Assembly (NCBI GenBank): GCA_964057225.1
Contig: OZ059894.1
Location: forward strand, 8,804,001-8,868,000
Direction of reading: 5' to 3'
Source of the DNA: Auanema rhodensis
Taxonomy: Eukaryota; Animalia; Nematoda
Length of the DNA stretch: 64,000 nucleotides
Shown: one piece after another, positions 24,655 to 39,974 of the stretch
How the letters are laid out: every line of letters starts with the position of its first letter
How positions within the stretch are numbered: position 1 is the first letter of the stretch
The notes under the pieces: model-generated
Databases searched by the model: none
The model's input: only the letters and a program-made list of their open reading frames with translations
What the model was told of the DNA's origin: nothing
Position numbers and translations under genes: made by a program

Positions 24655-27413
24655 ATCCAATCCAACAACCTGTAATGACCTCAATTATTGAAAAAAAAAT
24701 AAGAAGAAGAAAAGACATGAGAATATACCATAAGAATACAAAAATAAAAAAAAACGAATAAAAAACTGAAAAAAAGCATTTATCATGAGCATTTATCCTT
24801 TATATTCTGATGATATGATCAGAGTACAGATGGCTTTCGAGCTGACATGAGACCTGACTGTGTAGATATTATTACAAGAAAAGCTGCATTTTTCGAAAAA
24901 GAAGGAGATTTTTCTGATAGCATCGGGTAAAAAATAGAATTCTCCACATTGAAAAAGCAGTAAACGGCAAAAAAAATTCAGTCTATCAACTGGAAACGAC
25001 GGTGAGCAAAGGACTTTCAGATGAATCCGGAGAAAGGTGTTCTGTCAAAGCCTTGTACTTCTCTCTTTTTCCACTCTCTCTTTTTCTCATCTGCTCTAGA
25101 TGTTGAATTTCTCAACTCCCTCTCTCGTTTTTATAAGTCTTTTCACTCCAACTGATCGTCGACGCTACAGCTCAGGTCGTCGACGACGACGACGACAACC
25201 ACAAGTAGGAGAAGGCGAAGGGCGACAGAAAGAGCAACAGGCGTGTCGAAGCCTATAGAACCGGCTGTTGACGTTGTGATGAAGAGACGAGAAAAGGCGA
25301 AATGGAAGACAAGGATAAAAGGCAATTGGGGTAATGAAATCAACTAAGAATTGAACCTCACAGAACCGAAAAGGAGAACGGGGTCTATGCCTATAATCAA
25401 AAATAGTTGGAAAACTCAAGTCCTAAGCATTTTCACAAACTTAAAAGCGGAAAATGAAAGCTGGTATGATTGAAATAACTTAGGAAATCTTAAGTTTAAC
25501 ATGATTATTTATGTAAAAAATGAAGACTAGGGTAATATTATTGCAAAAAAAAAAGAAATATATTGAAAAGAAGTCTTCGAAGGAAAGTTAGCGGGCGAAG
25601 AAAGAAAGCTTGACGCGCGCAGACCGGCCCTATGGAAAAACCGGAAGAGAGCAGGCTTGTCTGTGCCTTTGCTCCATTTTTCCATCTCCGCCTCGTACTT
25701 TCTTCTGAATGATTTGACGTGACTGTCTGTTACAAGGTGGTTGAAGTGAAAAAAAACGAGAAAGGGAGAGATAGAGGGAAAGACAGAGAGAGAGAGAGAA
25801 GGAGAGGAAGATAGAAAGAGAGAAGGAGGTGGTATGGATTGCAGTTGATTCTAACGTAAGGAAAATTAAAGAGGCTTCAGTACCTTCTTCAAAACCAATT
25901 GAAAGATCTCGGAATTGAAATGTTCAACAAGACAGATATCCGGTGGTGAGAGAATAAGACAATGAGCTCATGTCATCATTCTTTAGCTTTAGCATTCATA
26001 TAACTACTAACACTACCACCCTACAACAACGACAACGAAGCTGACGATGACACCGGGAAAACGACGTTGCCTACCAGGCTTGGCATCAGCTTCCTTCTCC
26101 TCGTATCAAGTTTCGTTCTTGTCTTGAAGCTTTAACTGACTATGGTTTGATGCAGAGGAGCCCAATTTCACGCAATAGGTAGATTACAAGCGACTGAAAT
26201 CTGAGTGAACGAGGAAAAACAACGAAAAAAGGAATGAAATCAACGAGTGATACGTGGCATATCGTCAATGCGGCATGATTCTGAAACTGATTGTTGACTT
26301 AACCAGCAAAAGGAATCCAGACAACTTTGCATAGTGGAGCATTCCCGTTGAAGTGAAGACATATATCAAGATGTAAGCGCAGTTACATGCTCATATACAG
26401 CGAATTCCCATACGAAATGCTGTCTTTGTGCTTCAGTTGAATTAAATCTTGGAAGAGAACTGGCGCCGGAAGCGGTAAAACGGAAAATATACTAATCAGC
26501 TGATATGAAAAGGTGTCAAAAAGAATTATTTGCAGCTTGTGGTCATCATCTTCAGACATGTTTAGATATCAAATATTTAACCGAGAGTTTGCTACAATGT
26601 AAATATGTACATGGGGGCAGGTACACGTGTGAATGCCGCTGGACACAAATATATGGATAATACTGAAAAAAGCTTCTTCGGTGGCATAAGCTACTGAAAC
26701 AACTTCTAACATGTATGTACGATATGATGTCAGAAATTGACTCAGTCAATAGAGTAATAGTCGATGGTTTTCACCACACAATCCATAAGTTCTGCTGGAC
26801 AGTGCTTTTGACTAATGTACGTTGTTCAAGAACATTTCCAGTTATGGTGCAGCTACGACATCTGTTTCAGGTTCAGCCGACGATGGCAAGAATGAGCAAA
26901 AATCAGAAGGAGTTTTCGGACGAAAAAAGAATCTAAGAGTGGATAACAAGTGCTGTGATCGTCTGAGTTGCAAAGAAGAATAAGAAATCATTAGTGAATG
27001 GTAAATTGCTCTAAAATTGATTTCAGCTAAATGGTTAATAAGTGAGGTGGATGTCGACACCAATGCTTGCTGTGCATTGCAAACAGTACGAGAAGCCGTG
27101 ATGAGGGGAAAGGAAACTAGGCTGAGAGAGAGAAGGAGAGGCATCATAGAGACGTGCTGTTAGAGAATAGATTTCAAGAGAACTGATTGCGATAAGTAGA
27201 GAAATGAGATACGGAGAGAAAAAGAGCAAGCTTCCGAAAGTCTGTGCGTTGGCAGTTTGGACCTTCGTCGCCTCATACATGAACCTATACGAGAGAAGGA
27301 TCAGAGAAAAGATGAAAATGAAGAGAGAAGCATTTTGCTGGAGTGTTTTGCTGATAGAATGTACAGGGAATATAAGAATTAGAAGAGTAGAAAGAGTGGA
27401 AAGCTAGCAAGCG

Positions 27414-27862
27414 GTGGGAAGGGATTGCACAGCGGCACAGTACGAAGAGGATGACGAGATCGAAGAGGACGACGACGGGCACTATGTCAATAGTTCGGTG
27501 AGGCTCAGCTCCACTTCTACGACAGGCGCAGAGAGAAAGGGGAGAGAGCCGGAGTAAAAAAGAAAAACAGAAGAGAGCATAAAGGAAAATGGAAAAATAC
27601 AAGGAAAAAAGAGAGAATTGGGAAGCGGAGAGCTTACCGTGGGCGGTCTTCATATGCCTCTGGGGCGTGGCGAAGCCAGCCGATTGGTTGTTGTTGAAAT
27701 CGAGCTCCTTTTGGCAAAAAAGTTGATGGGAACGAATTTTTTTATAACTGTCAAATCGTTACGATATGTTATGTTATACATTGTTAAAGGAAAGTTTCAG
27801 CAAAAAAGTTGAAGGAAATGAAAGAATTGAAAGCTGTTGGGCAATAAAAGTTTTTGTGGGAA
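27414..27862. promoter_or_regulatory. Cluster of LAG-1/CSL sites plus GC/CCAAT boxes upstream of pha-4 copy B
   Basis: RTGGGAA at 27414, 27726 and 27856; GGGCGG, GGGGCGTGG and ATTGG at about 27640-27690. Confidence 0.4.
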
Positions 27863-30800
27863 TTCACAACCACGTCATACATATGAGGGCATGAGACCAA
27901 GAGCATAGGTTAAGTTGTTTGCTCACTTTCTTAACGAAGCAGTAGAAGAAGAAAGAATGAAGAAGACATCTTAGTGAGATGATATAGAGCTAGGAAAGTA
28001 TGGATCATAAAGGCTGAATCATCTACACTCGATATGATGATCCTGATAGCTTTGAAGCATATTCTGATTCAATTTTGAAAAGCAATGTTTGAGAACAAAT
28101 GATGAAACTACGATTGCTTAATGTGGCAAGATTAGCCAAAACTCTTTAAAATCTCTTTTCTTTTCATATATTTCCTTGCTGGTTGTGGGTCCGAGCACTT
28201 GGGATTCAATGCTCAACGATATTTGATATCCTATACATTATAGAAATAACACAAGCCTGCTTTCCCTTATTCTGTTTCCCTCTCTCTATAGCATTCTTTC
28301 TTTTTCTCTCATAATTTGTGATGCGTTTTGTTCTTCTACTCCTTATTTAGCCCTTTCAGTCCAGCTTACTCGCTAGACACATTCAAATAAAAAAAAAGTT
28401 TTTCATTCTTTGTTTTCAACCAAAAAAGGTGAAGTTATCACTTTATATAAAAAGAAATTTCTAAAAATATTTAAGAGAATTCAGACGTAGGGAGTTGGAA
28501 GGGGTGGAAGGGGATGATGAGAGAGGCCTTAGTACAAACAGTATTTGCTTCCTGGTTTCATAGATTATTGACAACAAATTAAACTCTTTCTTATCATAAC
28601 ATCATATTATATGATTGAAATTAAGGAAATACTTCTAAATCATATCATTCTATCATAATTCAGATAAGAAATTAACAGAATCGGAGAAGTTTATGAACAG
28701 TCGTAACTATCTATATCATCTGTATAAGGAAAGCAAATATTTGGTATTTAAAGAAAACTGAAAATAAATAATCTTTTTGAGCTGGTTGCTTGAGGTTGCT
28801 TGAAACTGATAACAAATAGATTACTTCCTGTCTTTCTTTTATAGTTTTCTTTTCATAAACTGACCACCTTTATAGGTTTTTTTTGGGACTGTTTATCAAA
28901 TTAAAGTCAAAATAGTTTATACGAGGTGGTACTTTCTAAAGTAATAGAGTGCGGGCATGATATGATTCAGGGAATTAGCTTAGAAATATAATTATAAGGA
29001 AATATCATTAATATCTTTCAATTCATACTCAAAATACAATAGATTATTATTTTATATTGATTATAGCTTCGGCACATGTTTTGCTATTTTAGCTAAGAAA
29101 AGCCGACTGTCATGGGGGTTGAAGCTGCAAACGTAAGGTGTTGTAGAGACATTTGGGTTTGATAAACGATTCTTATGGAGGTGCTTTTATCTTTCATGTC
29201 TTCTGAAGCTTTTATCATGCCGTTGCAGATGGAGAGGTCAAATGTCTGACCCTCTAATGCTCACGAGACATCTAAGGAACCTGGAACGGTTTTACGACCT
29301 GTTCTATGTAAGGGGTGGTTGTCACGGGAAGACAAAACTAGAATACTGTATGGCGGGTCTTATGCGTGATTATATCAAAAATAGGAGTTGAGGGACCAAC
29401 CTGATATAAAGGAATAGCATTTAGCTTGTATGCTGGAAAATCCTTTAGCGAACGCTAAACTTAGTCACATGCACAGCACATGTTTCATATTTCTTTTTTG
29501 GATCGTACAGGAAAGAATTCAACAAACGAGAAGCTTAGAGAAGAGTAGATACTGAAGATGATGATGAGAAGCAGAGAAGACGGATGATAGAATAGAGGAT
29601 GATGCTGATGATGCTGATGGTATACGTCGACGATCAGCCCGAGTTGCACGGACGGCTATTGATCGCAGCCAATTCTGCTCGACGGCTTCGATTCTCTCGT
29701 TGGCTTCGTGTTTGCTCAGCCTTCTCCCTCTTTCCCTCAGTTTGAATCTCTTTCTCTTTGTGACTCTCTCAATTTTCCTTATCTTCCTCTCCCTTACCTT
29801 CATCTTCATCTGGCTCTTTTACTGAAGGTCTCTCTTTATAATTCTCTCTCTCTTCATTCTGTCTCTCTTTTTCTGTCACCTTACCATCATCAACAATACC
29901 AGCACCCTACTTTCTCTATCTTTGGATCACAGGAATGAGGGAACAGAACTGAAATCAATGACATCCGGTATATTTACTAATATTCATTGTCTATTTCCAA
30001 AAATCACGATATTTCATGGATAATGTGAACGATAGATTGAACATGATGGATACGAGAAATAAAGCAATGCATGATACTTATATGACTCATTATAATTCTT
30101 ATTTAATCCACAATTTCCCAGTCATTCGTTTTCATTTTTTGCTCAAAAAATGAATAAAAGATGATATTTTGACAGAAATCATAAGCAACACGTTGTATTT
30201 TTGAATTTTTGGCAACAACTTTGCTTTGTCAATATTAAAGAATAGGTTAAATCAAGATGAGTATCAATCGGATGTGTTGAATGACATCTAACATCCTGTT
30301 ATGGCTGCTTAAAACAATGTGACGGAAATGACGAAAGAGGGGAAATCTGCTTTATTCATTCTCAATGAAGTACCTTTGTGTATTTTGTGTTTTTTCTTCT
30401 TTTCATTCTTATGTTTCCTATCCCAAGAGGACAATCCCATGGAAACAATGGATAGCATGAGTTCATCTACATACATATACTAATAGTAACTGCTGATCAA
30501 GAAGCCAATCGGTATTATTCATTCAGATGCTCATCTTTTGGCCAGGTGTCACATGCAGGTGAGCAAGAATTTTGTAGATTCAACAAACAATCTCAACCAT
30601 TTCCACTATCTCTCTCATGTATATATACAGTTAAAGCTCACTTACTGAGTTAGCAAGATTAATTACGCAGCTGATGGTTGTCAGTTATTGTCATACCATG
30701 CCATCAGGAAACTTAACAAGAGCATGATCGAGCATGACCTTATAAGACGGTTTAGTGGTATATTCCCAGACAGTATTGATATCCAACGGCAAAGCACACT

Positions 30801-33800
30801 TGTCTCCATCGAATTTAGAATAATAGGTGTAGAAAGAATGAGATGCTCGAAATATCCCTTAAGTATCCACTTAATTAACTTCACTTTCATTCGTGTAAAA
30901 AAAGAAAGAAAAGTTTATCTTTCGGAATACTTAGGGGGTTGGAAGAGGTGAGGGATTGTAACTTGAACCTCCAAATTAAAGTAGCAGAGTTCGAATTTCG
31001 TCAAAGAAACAATTCAGAATTTAATCAAGAATTAGTCTGTGTCTATTACATCATCTATTTTCTTAATTCTTATTGAAAATATTAGAAAAATTATAAAAAT
31101 TTTCACCATAAATCAAAGATTCATTGATAATCTGAACTACATATACTTTTACGAAGTTTTGCCAATCAGCTGCTTATATTGAGAGAAAATGATTTTTATT
31201 TTCAACTCGAAACGACTCGTGAACGGTTGTTCTCATCTATCTCTCACATTCTTCTACCTAGATTATAGTAAATACTGATAAGTAAGCGGAGTTTCTCTAT
31301 TTTTTTACTCGGAGTTTTGCAAAAAATGTTAGAAAAAGCCGCTTTTCTTCTAATTTTCATTCAACATTCTTCAGGTAAAAGGCCAAAAAACGTGTGTTTA
31401 TTGTGGTAATTATGGTCTATGCTCTTCTATATTTACTTTTGCGTACTATTTTCATGATTCTCACTCTCAAAGCTATTGTATTAAGTTGAGCATAGCCGAA
31501 GGGAAGGTTGAATACATAGCACCTATCATGATGTTTCTGGGAGAGTGAGAGTGCTACTAACAAGAAATGCAACTAGTAAGTGTTAGAATGCGTGAGCAAT
31601 ATAGTAATGAATAAGGGTCATGTTTGTGCTCCTATGAGTTGAAAAATGAATATAGACACTATGTCCATTGTTATTTACTATTCACACCTTATATTAGGAA
31701 GATAAATTGAATACATTAGAGACAGAGGTGTAAGAAATGAACTGTTGGTGTGACAATTCTTGTTCCTTTAATTAGAAAAACATTAATATATATTCAAATA
31801 ATCTTTAGTTACTCAGTTCAGGGGGATCGAAAACTATTTTGTATTTTTTTAATTTCATTTTAGGTTTATCAGAAATATCTTTCAACATATTTCAAGTCAC
31901 ATGCAAGGTAATCACAAGAAAAATGAAAATAAGATGGTTCTTTGTGATGTTTTTTAAAAAATATTTTAGTATATAGTGAATAAGAAATAAATTAAAATAT
32001 TAATTATAAAATATTTAAAAAAATCAATAAAACTAATATAATTTGAATGGACTTTGTATTGTTGAAAAAAAACTAGCGACTGTCTATAATGATCGGCATG
32101 CTTAAGCTGTTATCAAGTAGTGAATTTTCAAAACAATTTTGAAGTTGAAGCTGATGTGATACAACCAGATATGTATATGGGAAAATGATTTGAATTAAAA
32201 AATTTTTTAAGTTTAAAATTCAGAAAAAAAGCTGTTATTTGTATCTAATTATGTGAAAACTGTGAAAGAACAATATCTAAAGAACTATGATGTCTTTAAA
32301 TCAGACAATATGGTTAAGACGATCTTAGAGATATGTTGCAGCTGAGTACCGACTGACAACAGTTAAAACTGTGAAAGAACAACAAATATTATGTAATCAT
32401 GAGCATGTAAATATTTGAATTCTTATAAAAGAATTGAAGTACACTAACGTAATTACAAATAAATCAACAAAATAACAATAAAATGAAAAGAAAAATAGAA
32501 AAGATGAGTCAAAAAAGTTGATATAATCTAAGATGATGATAGATGATCAGTTGAAATCAGTTGTTTTGATACGAGCTTATCGCCATTATCGTTTCCGTGA
32601 AAGAGGTGACGGGTTTTTGTTAAAAATGCAAACAGAAGGAGACCAGACCCAATAAGAACGATAGCTATGTTTGAGTTTCTAAATAGAGAAGCGCCGAAAG
32701 AGCACATAACTACGAACGGGCTAGCTGATGTCCTTATCAGGATAGTGCTTCTGGCCATTTGCCCAACAGCTGATAAGCTATCGATTGAACAACTTTTGTC
32801 TATAAGTCATGTACTAAAAAGGAAAGAACTGTAAAGGATGAGCTAGACCCTGCCTTGATAGAAAAATATAACAATTAAGAATACAATAATATATAAAAGA
32901 TACGTAGCTATTACGGAAATAATTTTCAAAATCTAGAATGAAGCAAAGCGTAATGTTTGAATACGATGAGTTGAATCAGCCGTTTTCGTTTTATGAGATA
33001 GAGTGCTTTTTCTTGAAATGGTGATATGGCTCATTGATTTAAATCTAACACCCCCGTTTTCAAATGTCTTCGTCATACACCTAAACTAACAAAAAACTTG
33101 TTTTTAAGCTTGAACGCTTGTTTTAATAAACTTTATAACTTGTATATCACAGAGTATTATCAATTTTTTGAGCAACATATGGCTGTAAATTACTCAACAT
33201 TCGTATTTTTTGTAGTTTTTCGATATTGTCTTATCAATTTCTCTCATAATTTAATAGTGTGCATTCAAAAAAACTTCTAGGAAGATAAGGCCTTAGCAAA
33301 CTTATGATATAACTCAAGTACAAGCTGACTTTTGAAGTCTCCAACTGTTATTCCTTGTATGCATAACCTTAAACCTGGTGGATCTCAGCAAGCAACAACA
33401 CATCTGCATGGAAGGAAGCTGGGAAGTGTTGCATCAATAACACCCTTGCCTGTCACATTAGTATAACACAGCTTGCTTTATAAACCTTTTTAAACAAACA
33501 TTCTATCATTTTTTCTAATTATTTGCAAATGACAGGGAAATGATAAAAAAGAAAAATAATATTTTAAAAATTCTTCAAGAGTTAAAGATCATTATTTCAT
33601 GACTCAATCCAGTTATAGTGACTGAACAACTCATACATTTGTTTATTCTTTTGTCAGATTCTAGGTAATTCCTCATTAATATGACAAAGGGATGCGCTTT
33701 TATGCCAGGTGAACAACCATGACCTATACTGCTTCATCTCCTAACTACATAAACTATAACAAATCTTCATTCAAGAATTATATATTCAATATTATTATAA

Positions 33801-34261
33801 GAATACTAAGGATGTAGACCATTAGCTCCAGCATTAGGGTGTTAGCTTAAAATTTTGAAAAAAAAAATTCCATTCTTCATTGGGTTACTGTAACAGCTAA
33901 TTATGAATATATTCAAGTGTATACGTATATTCATAGAATATATACAAAAAAAAGTGTAAATCCCAATAATATATCGTAATATCAACAAATAAATAAAAAT
34001 TCTTACTATATTGAACAATTTTCAAATGTCATTCCAATTATTATTCATTTCATTGCATATGCTAGGCTACAAAAATGGCTGGATTTAAAACTGCTCTATT
34101 GCGAAACGTTTAAAAAACTTTTGTCGGTATGTTCTTAACATGGTGAAGCTTTAAACGTACGATTTAATTCTTTTTGTTTTTGTTTTTAACATGAGCGGTT
34201 GCATTCACTTCATTTTAAAATATTATTTCACTCATTGTTTCAATTTTCAGAAATTTTAAAT

Positions 34262-34977
<716 letters not shown>

Positions 34978-35020
34978 TATTTATTGTTTTACAACTTGTT
35001 AAGTTCGATAAAGTTTGTTC

Positions 35021-35533
35021 TTAGTCTAAGGGAAACTTCTTACATGCGCACTGTGTACCATCCGGAATTATAATGGAACGAATTGATTCATCAGCTCCTT
35101 CATCACAATTAGTTAGAGGAATTTCCTAAAATTTTTAAATATTCGGAATCAGTTATTCATTTACCTTCACACCAGTTTGTATTAGAACACAAGCTGAACT
35201 ATTTTCTACACGATGAGGAAATGTGTGAGTTCCACTCTGAATGAAATTCAAATTTCACATACAATAGCACTGTTGTTCTTGACGTACTTCTGATGTTTTA
35301 CAAAATCCTGTGCAGACAGGAAGGGCAATGGTTCCTCGACACGACTTTCCATTGTCATCTGTTCGCACAACCTGGCTTGGACCGGGAATGATCTGCTGAC
35401 TTAAAATACACTGTTTATACACCGTGGGCTCTGCAGCAGCAAGAAACTAGAATATTAGTTGAATATAGTATTTTGAAGAAAAGTAATAGAAGAAACTTAC
35501 GATAGTATAGAAGAAAAAAAGTAAACCGATCAT
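35021..35533 (-). CDS. gplb-1: Glycoprotein hormone beta-5 (GPB5, thyrostimulin beta subunit), secreted cystine-knot protein
   Basis: Four exons give MIGLLFFFYTIFLAAA-EPTVYKQC...DDNGKSCRGTIALPVCTGFCKTSESGTHTFPHRVENSSACVL...NCDEGADESIRSIIIPDGTQCACKKFPLD*. Signal peptide, CxGxC and CxC are present, and it closely resembles C. elegans T23B12.8/GPB5 as I recall it. Confidence 0.88.
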
Positions 35534-35997
35534 TGTGAACAATAAGAGTTTTGTGAAGATGAATAAAGGGAGTGGGTGTTGGAAGTTTAGAAACAGATGT
35601 TGCAGTAGAATATTCAGTTAGTGTCAGATGCTTCTGAAATATTTATAAGAAATCTATTTAATTTCCTGAAGAACATTGTTTTTGATGTCTTCAAAGGCAA
35701 TCATGGAAGTAAGACCCCACGAATATACAGAGTTGTGTCATCTGGTTGTTTTAAGACATTGAGGAACAAATAAATGAAATTCGAACTTTTATTCGTCATG
35801 GTTTGAATTTTCTTACGAAAATAATCATAAAAATATATTGGAATGTTTTTTTCACAGAAAAAAACTTAAATGATATACATATTTGAACTTTGATATACGG
35901 AATGATATACATAGATTAAGTGCTGAAGTTATAACACAGATTATTCACAAATTAATATATAATACTTGTATTTGTTGGAATGAAGATATTCTTCAAA

Positions 35998-38900
35998 TTA
36001 AACCGTATGGCAATTTGCACTTTTTGAGAAATTTAAAAGAGCTTCGTTGATAGACTTGGGACAGCTTGTTTCAGGCAAAGCATGACCATGTCCAGCATCA
36101 TTGCCAATTGCTTCGATAACATTTTCTGAAGATAACAACTTTACACTTAGATACAGCTCTGAGTTTCTTACCATTTAATCCAGTAAAATACAGCACAATA
36201 CCCGATTTTTCAGCATCTTTGTGAAGCTAAATGTAAAATTAAAAAATAATTTTTATAAAACTTAAAATTTACGTTCTTCAATGCTTCCACACCCATTGTA
36301 TCGATATAAGATACAGCTGAACAGTCAACAATCACAGCACCACAGTCCAATAATTTCTGAAAAAGAAAACAAAAATAAACATTTCTAAAATTTGCTTCCT
36401 ACTTCTTTCTCATCGTTCTGAATTAGAGTTGTTAATGTGTCAGAGAACTTTGCTACACTCGCAAAGTGAAGAGGAGCATCAAACTTCAATATTCGAACTC
36501 GGTCAGGAACGTTCTGAGGCGGAACAATGGAATTTGAAATGACATTGAATTTTGGCCTGAGGAAACATTTGATTAAGAAAGTGATTTTTATGTGTTTCCA
36601 ACCATTGCTCTCTCAAGACAATTGTCAAAAGTGCGAAGGCGATGGAAATAATTAAGCCTTTGGTTACATCCGTTACCACTGTAGCTATGCAAGCCACAAG
36701 CCAGATAGCCTATAATGAGCAGAATTCAGAAACATAACTAACGATTATTAAGAAAAATTATTTGTTTTCATAACAAAGACTCACGAAATCAGCTTTACAT
36801 ACTCTCCAATATCTGGGTAATTCAAGTGATTGAAGGAAAAGCCCTTTCAAAGAAACAATAACAATTGCTGCAAGAATGCACTGAAATTTTAAACAAATGA
36901 GCTTATTCTTTTAAAAAAACTGGAATACCATTGGTAGTGGCTCGAGGAATGGTCCAAGGAAAGCAATAGCAAGCAAGAGAACTGATGACGAGAAAACGGT
37001 GTAAAGCTTCAAAATTTTTTTTGAACTAAGTCCTATTAGTAAGTATATATACCAAAGTATTAGCTCCGGACATTTCACAAACAGAAGAACGTGACAAAGA
37101 TGCTCCAACAGGATAAACTGGGAAGAAAGAAGAACCAACTGACATTACTCCAACAGCGTATAATTCCTGAATCATAGCAAATTCAACGAAAGAATGATTG
37201 TTTGATGTACCTGTGTAGGATCAACTCTGTATTTGTGTTTTTTAGCAAATAATTTAGCCATTGATACTACAAACATGTAACATACAATAGCGATAGGAAT
37301 GGCATCAGTTATAAGCATTGGCATAATCGACACATCAGGAACAGATGGAGCTGGTAAACTAAATGGATACAATTTGAACTTTTTTCTTGATTTTTGCATT
37401 ATTTTCTATAACTTGAATATTGATTTTAAGATTTTTATTTTTTAATAATTTGTGAAACTTTTGTTTACAAGTTGATAATTAAGGATTATAATGTAATTTT
37501 CTATTTGATTTGTTGTAAAACTTTTAAAAAAATCTATGATATAATACGGATATAATCCTGTTATGTTTGTTTAATAATATTTTTTAATAACAAAATAATA
37601 ATGAAATGAGGTAGTTCACGTGAACTTTCACTTATTATTCTATAAAAATATTTTAATTTATCTAGTTCATTCCTACTTTCGTCAGACGTTTAAGTGGTTG
37701 TATCTGATACTCCCTCTTTTTCTTTCTCTTTCTCTCCCCCTCTCTCTCCTTCTCTCTCTCTCTTCCTCTCTTTCTTCCTCTCTCCCTCTCTCTCTCCCTC
37801 TCAACCTCTATCACTATCCTAGGTATTTCTTTCTTTTCTACTATTTTTAGAAAATTAAAGCTGTACCCTCTTGGAATCGTGTTAACAATCTTGACGTTAT
37901 AGTTTTCTTTCAGACCAAATATTACAGATATTACTACTCCAATGATAACCTGAATAAGAACAACAGAATCAAAACCAATAAAAGTTTTTAGCTTACAAGA
38001 GCAAGTTCTAATGGTGGTGGAATAGCAGAAAACCTCTTAACCAAAGGATTTAAGTATGTTCGTCCTAAGTCCAGGAATAAAATTGCACAAATTGAAATTG
38101 CCAGTGATACATAGTTAGTTCCGGTAAGAGATAAAACTAGATCTCGTACCATCTAAGAACAAATTATTATAGTTTTGATTATATTATTTCTAAAACCTTA
38201 GGAAGCATTCCTATTCCTTCATGTCTAGGCAATTTTACTCCAAATACTTTGTTCAACTGTGATACTAATACATGAGCGGCTGAACCTGTTGTGAAGCCAG
38301 ATACTAATGCATCTGATAGATATGTTGTTACGAAGCCTAGTCGAAGGAGACCAAGAATAATCTAGAAAAAAACACATTCAATTTAGAAAATCGTCTTTTG
38401 AAAACAGGGTAATAAGTAATTGCTTAATCTCACTTGAACTATTCCTACTATAAACGTTAAAGCTGATGTTAATTCAAGTGCAGAAACTTCTTTTCCTAAG
38501 GGATATGTAATTGAAGTGGAATTATCGATATTCAGTTCATCAGGCACAAATCTCATACGGGTGGCTCCAACCATGAGCGAAGCCACAGCAAATACTCCTG
38601 TAAATTCATATACATTCCCCTCTTGAACATTCAAAGTTCATACCTATGGATATATGCCTAGATGTTCCTAGAAACATGTACAATGTCGATGCAAAGAAAG
38701 AAGAATACATTCCATATACTGGGGGAACACCAGCCAATGTAGCATAAGCCATACCTAAAGAAAGGACAGAAATTCTTTATTCTAAGCTTATGCTTGAAGC
38801 CATACCCTGAGGCACGTGCATAATTCCTACTGTAAGACCAGCCACTACATCTCCACTTATATGATCCTTCCAATTATAACTAGAAAATGATAAATATCAT

Positions 38901-39943
38901 CGAAATTTCAAGACAGAGAGATGAGAGAGAACGATTTTACAAGAAAATCTAAGTAAACGTACTTTGGAAGCCAGTCCAAAATGGGAACATATTGAGCTAG
39001 CCGAAGACTGCTAGACTTCTTCTTATCAACCTTCTCTGATTCATCACCATCAGACGGCATATCGGGAACTAGGTCGTATTTCTAAAAATTTTTATATAAT
39101 TTACAAAAGTTATAAAACATATGAAAACTGATTTCTATCTTTAGAAGCAGTTATGATATAACTATTTTATGTATGGGGCGTTACATGAACATTTAATCCA
39201 TTAAAAGGGAAGTTAGTTGAGAGAGAGAGAAAGAGATTTTCAATTATATCTTTAACCTTTCCAAAAATACAGTAAACGAGATTTCGTCAATTTGGATATG
39301 AGTCATGAAAATGTTTAATTATATTCTCATACTACTAGATGAGAGATTCTATAGAAATTCTTCATTATCCTTTTATATGGATTTCATAACAAATTTGAAA
39401 ATGAGCCAATTTTCACATAGAATATGACACATGTACATCGTTATAATTATATATAGCAAATCATCAAGTATTATTGAAAAATCCTTTTTTTATTCTTTTA
39501 AAAATAGCAAAAACCGGAAAAATATTGGAAAGAAATATTCTGAAACATGAATCCAGTACAATATAGTTTACTTAAATGCCTCTTAATGTTTTAATTAAAA
39601 GTTTGAAACGGATGATGATGGGATAATAGAATGAATAATCTAAAAAAGCAAGATTTTGATGGAAAAACAAACGTTTTATAAGTTCAAAGAATGAGATTAA
39701 TTCAAATATTTCGTTGACCATATTTTGAGTTGTAAAAATATTTTGTAATTTTTTCTGATGAGAGGTAAGTCATATTTGGCGAAAAGATAGATGAAAAATC
39801 AAATGACAAGGTGGTCTTCTTTCTGATCATTGTCTATTCCTTTTCCATTTTTCTTGTACGAAATTGGAAAGTGGGAGGAGTTATTAAGAAAACTAATAGT
39901 TGCTGCTGCATTACAATCATTAATAATTCTAGATATATTTATA

Positions 39944-39974
<31 letters not shown>

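Noticed and set aside
25002-25025. gtgagcaaag..tttcag, resembling miR-87
   Set aside because: Has a 3 nt insertion and no complementary 5' arm.
32528-32758. 76 aa ATG-initiated hydrophobic ORF
   Set aside because: No recognisable motif, no introns and no clear acceptor; unsupported without expression data.
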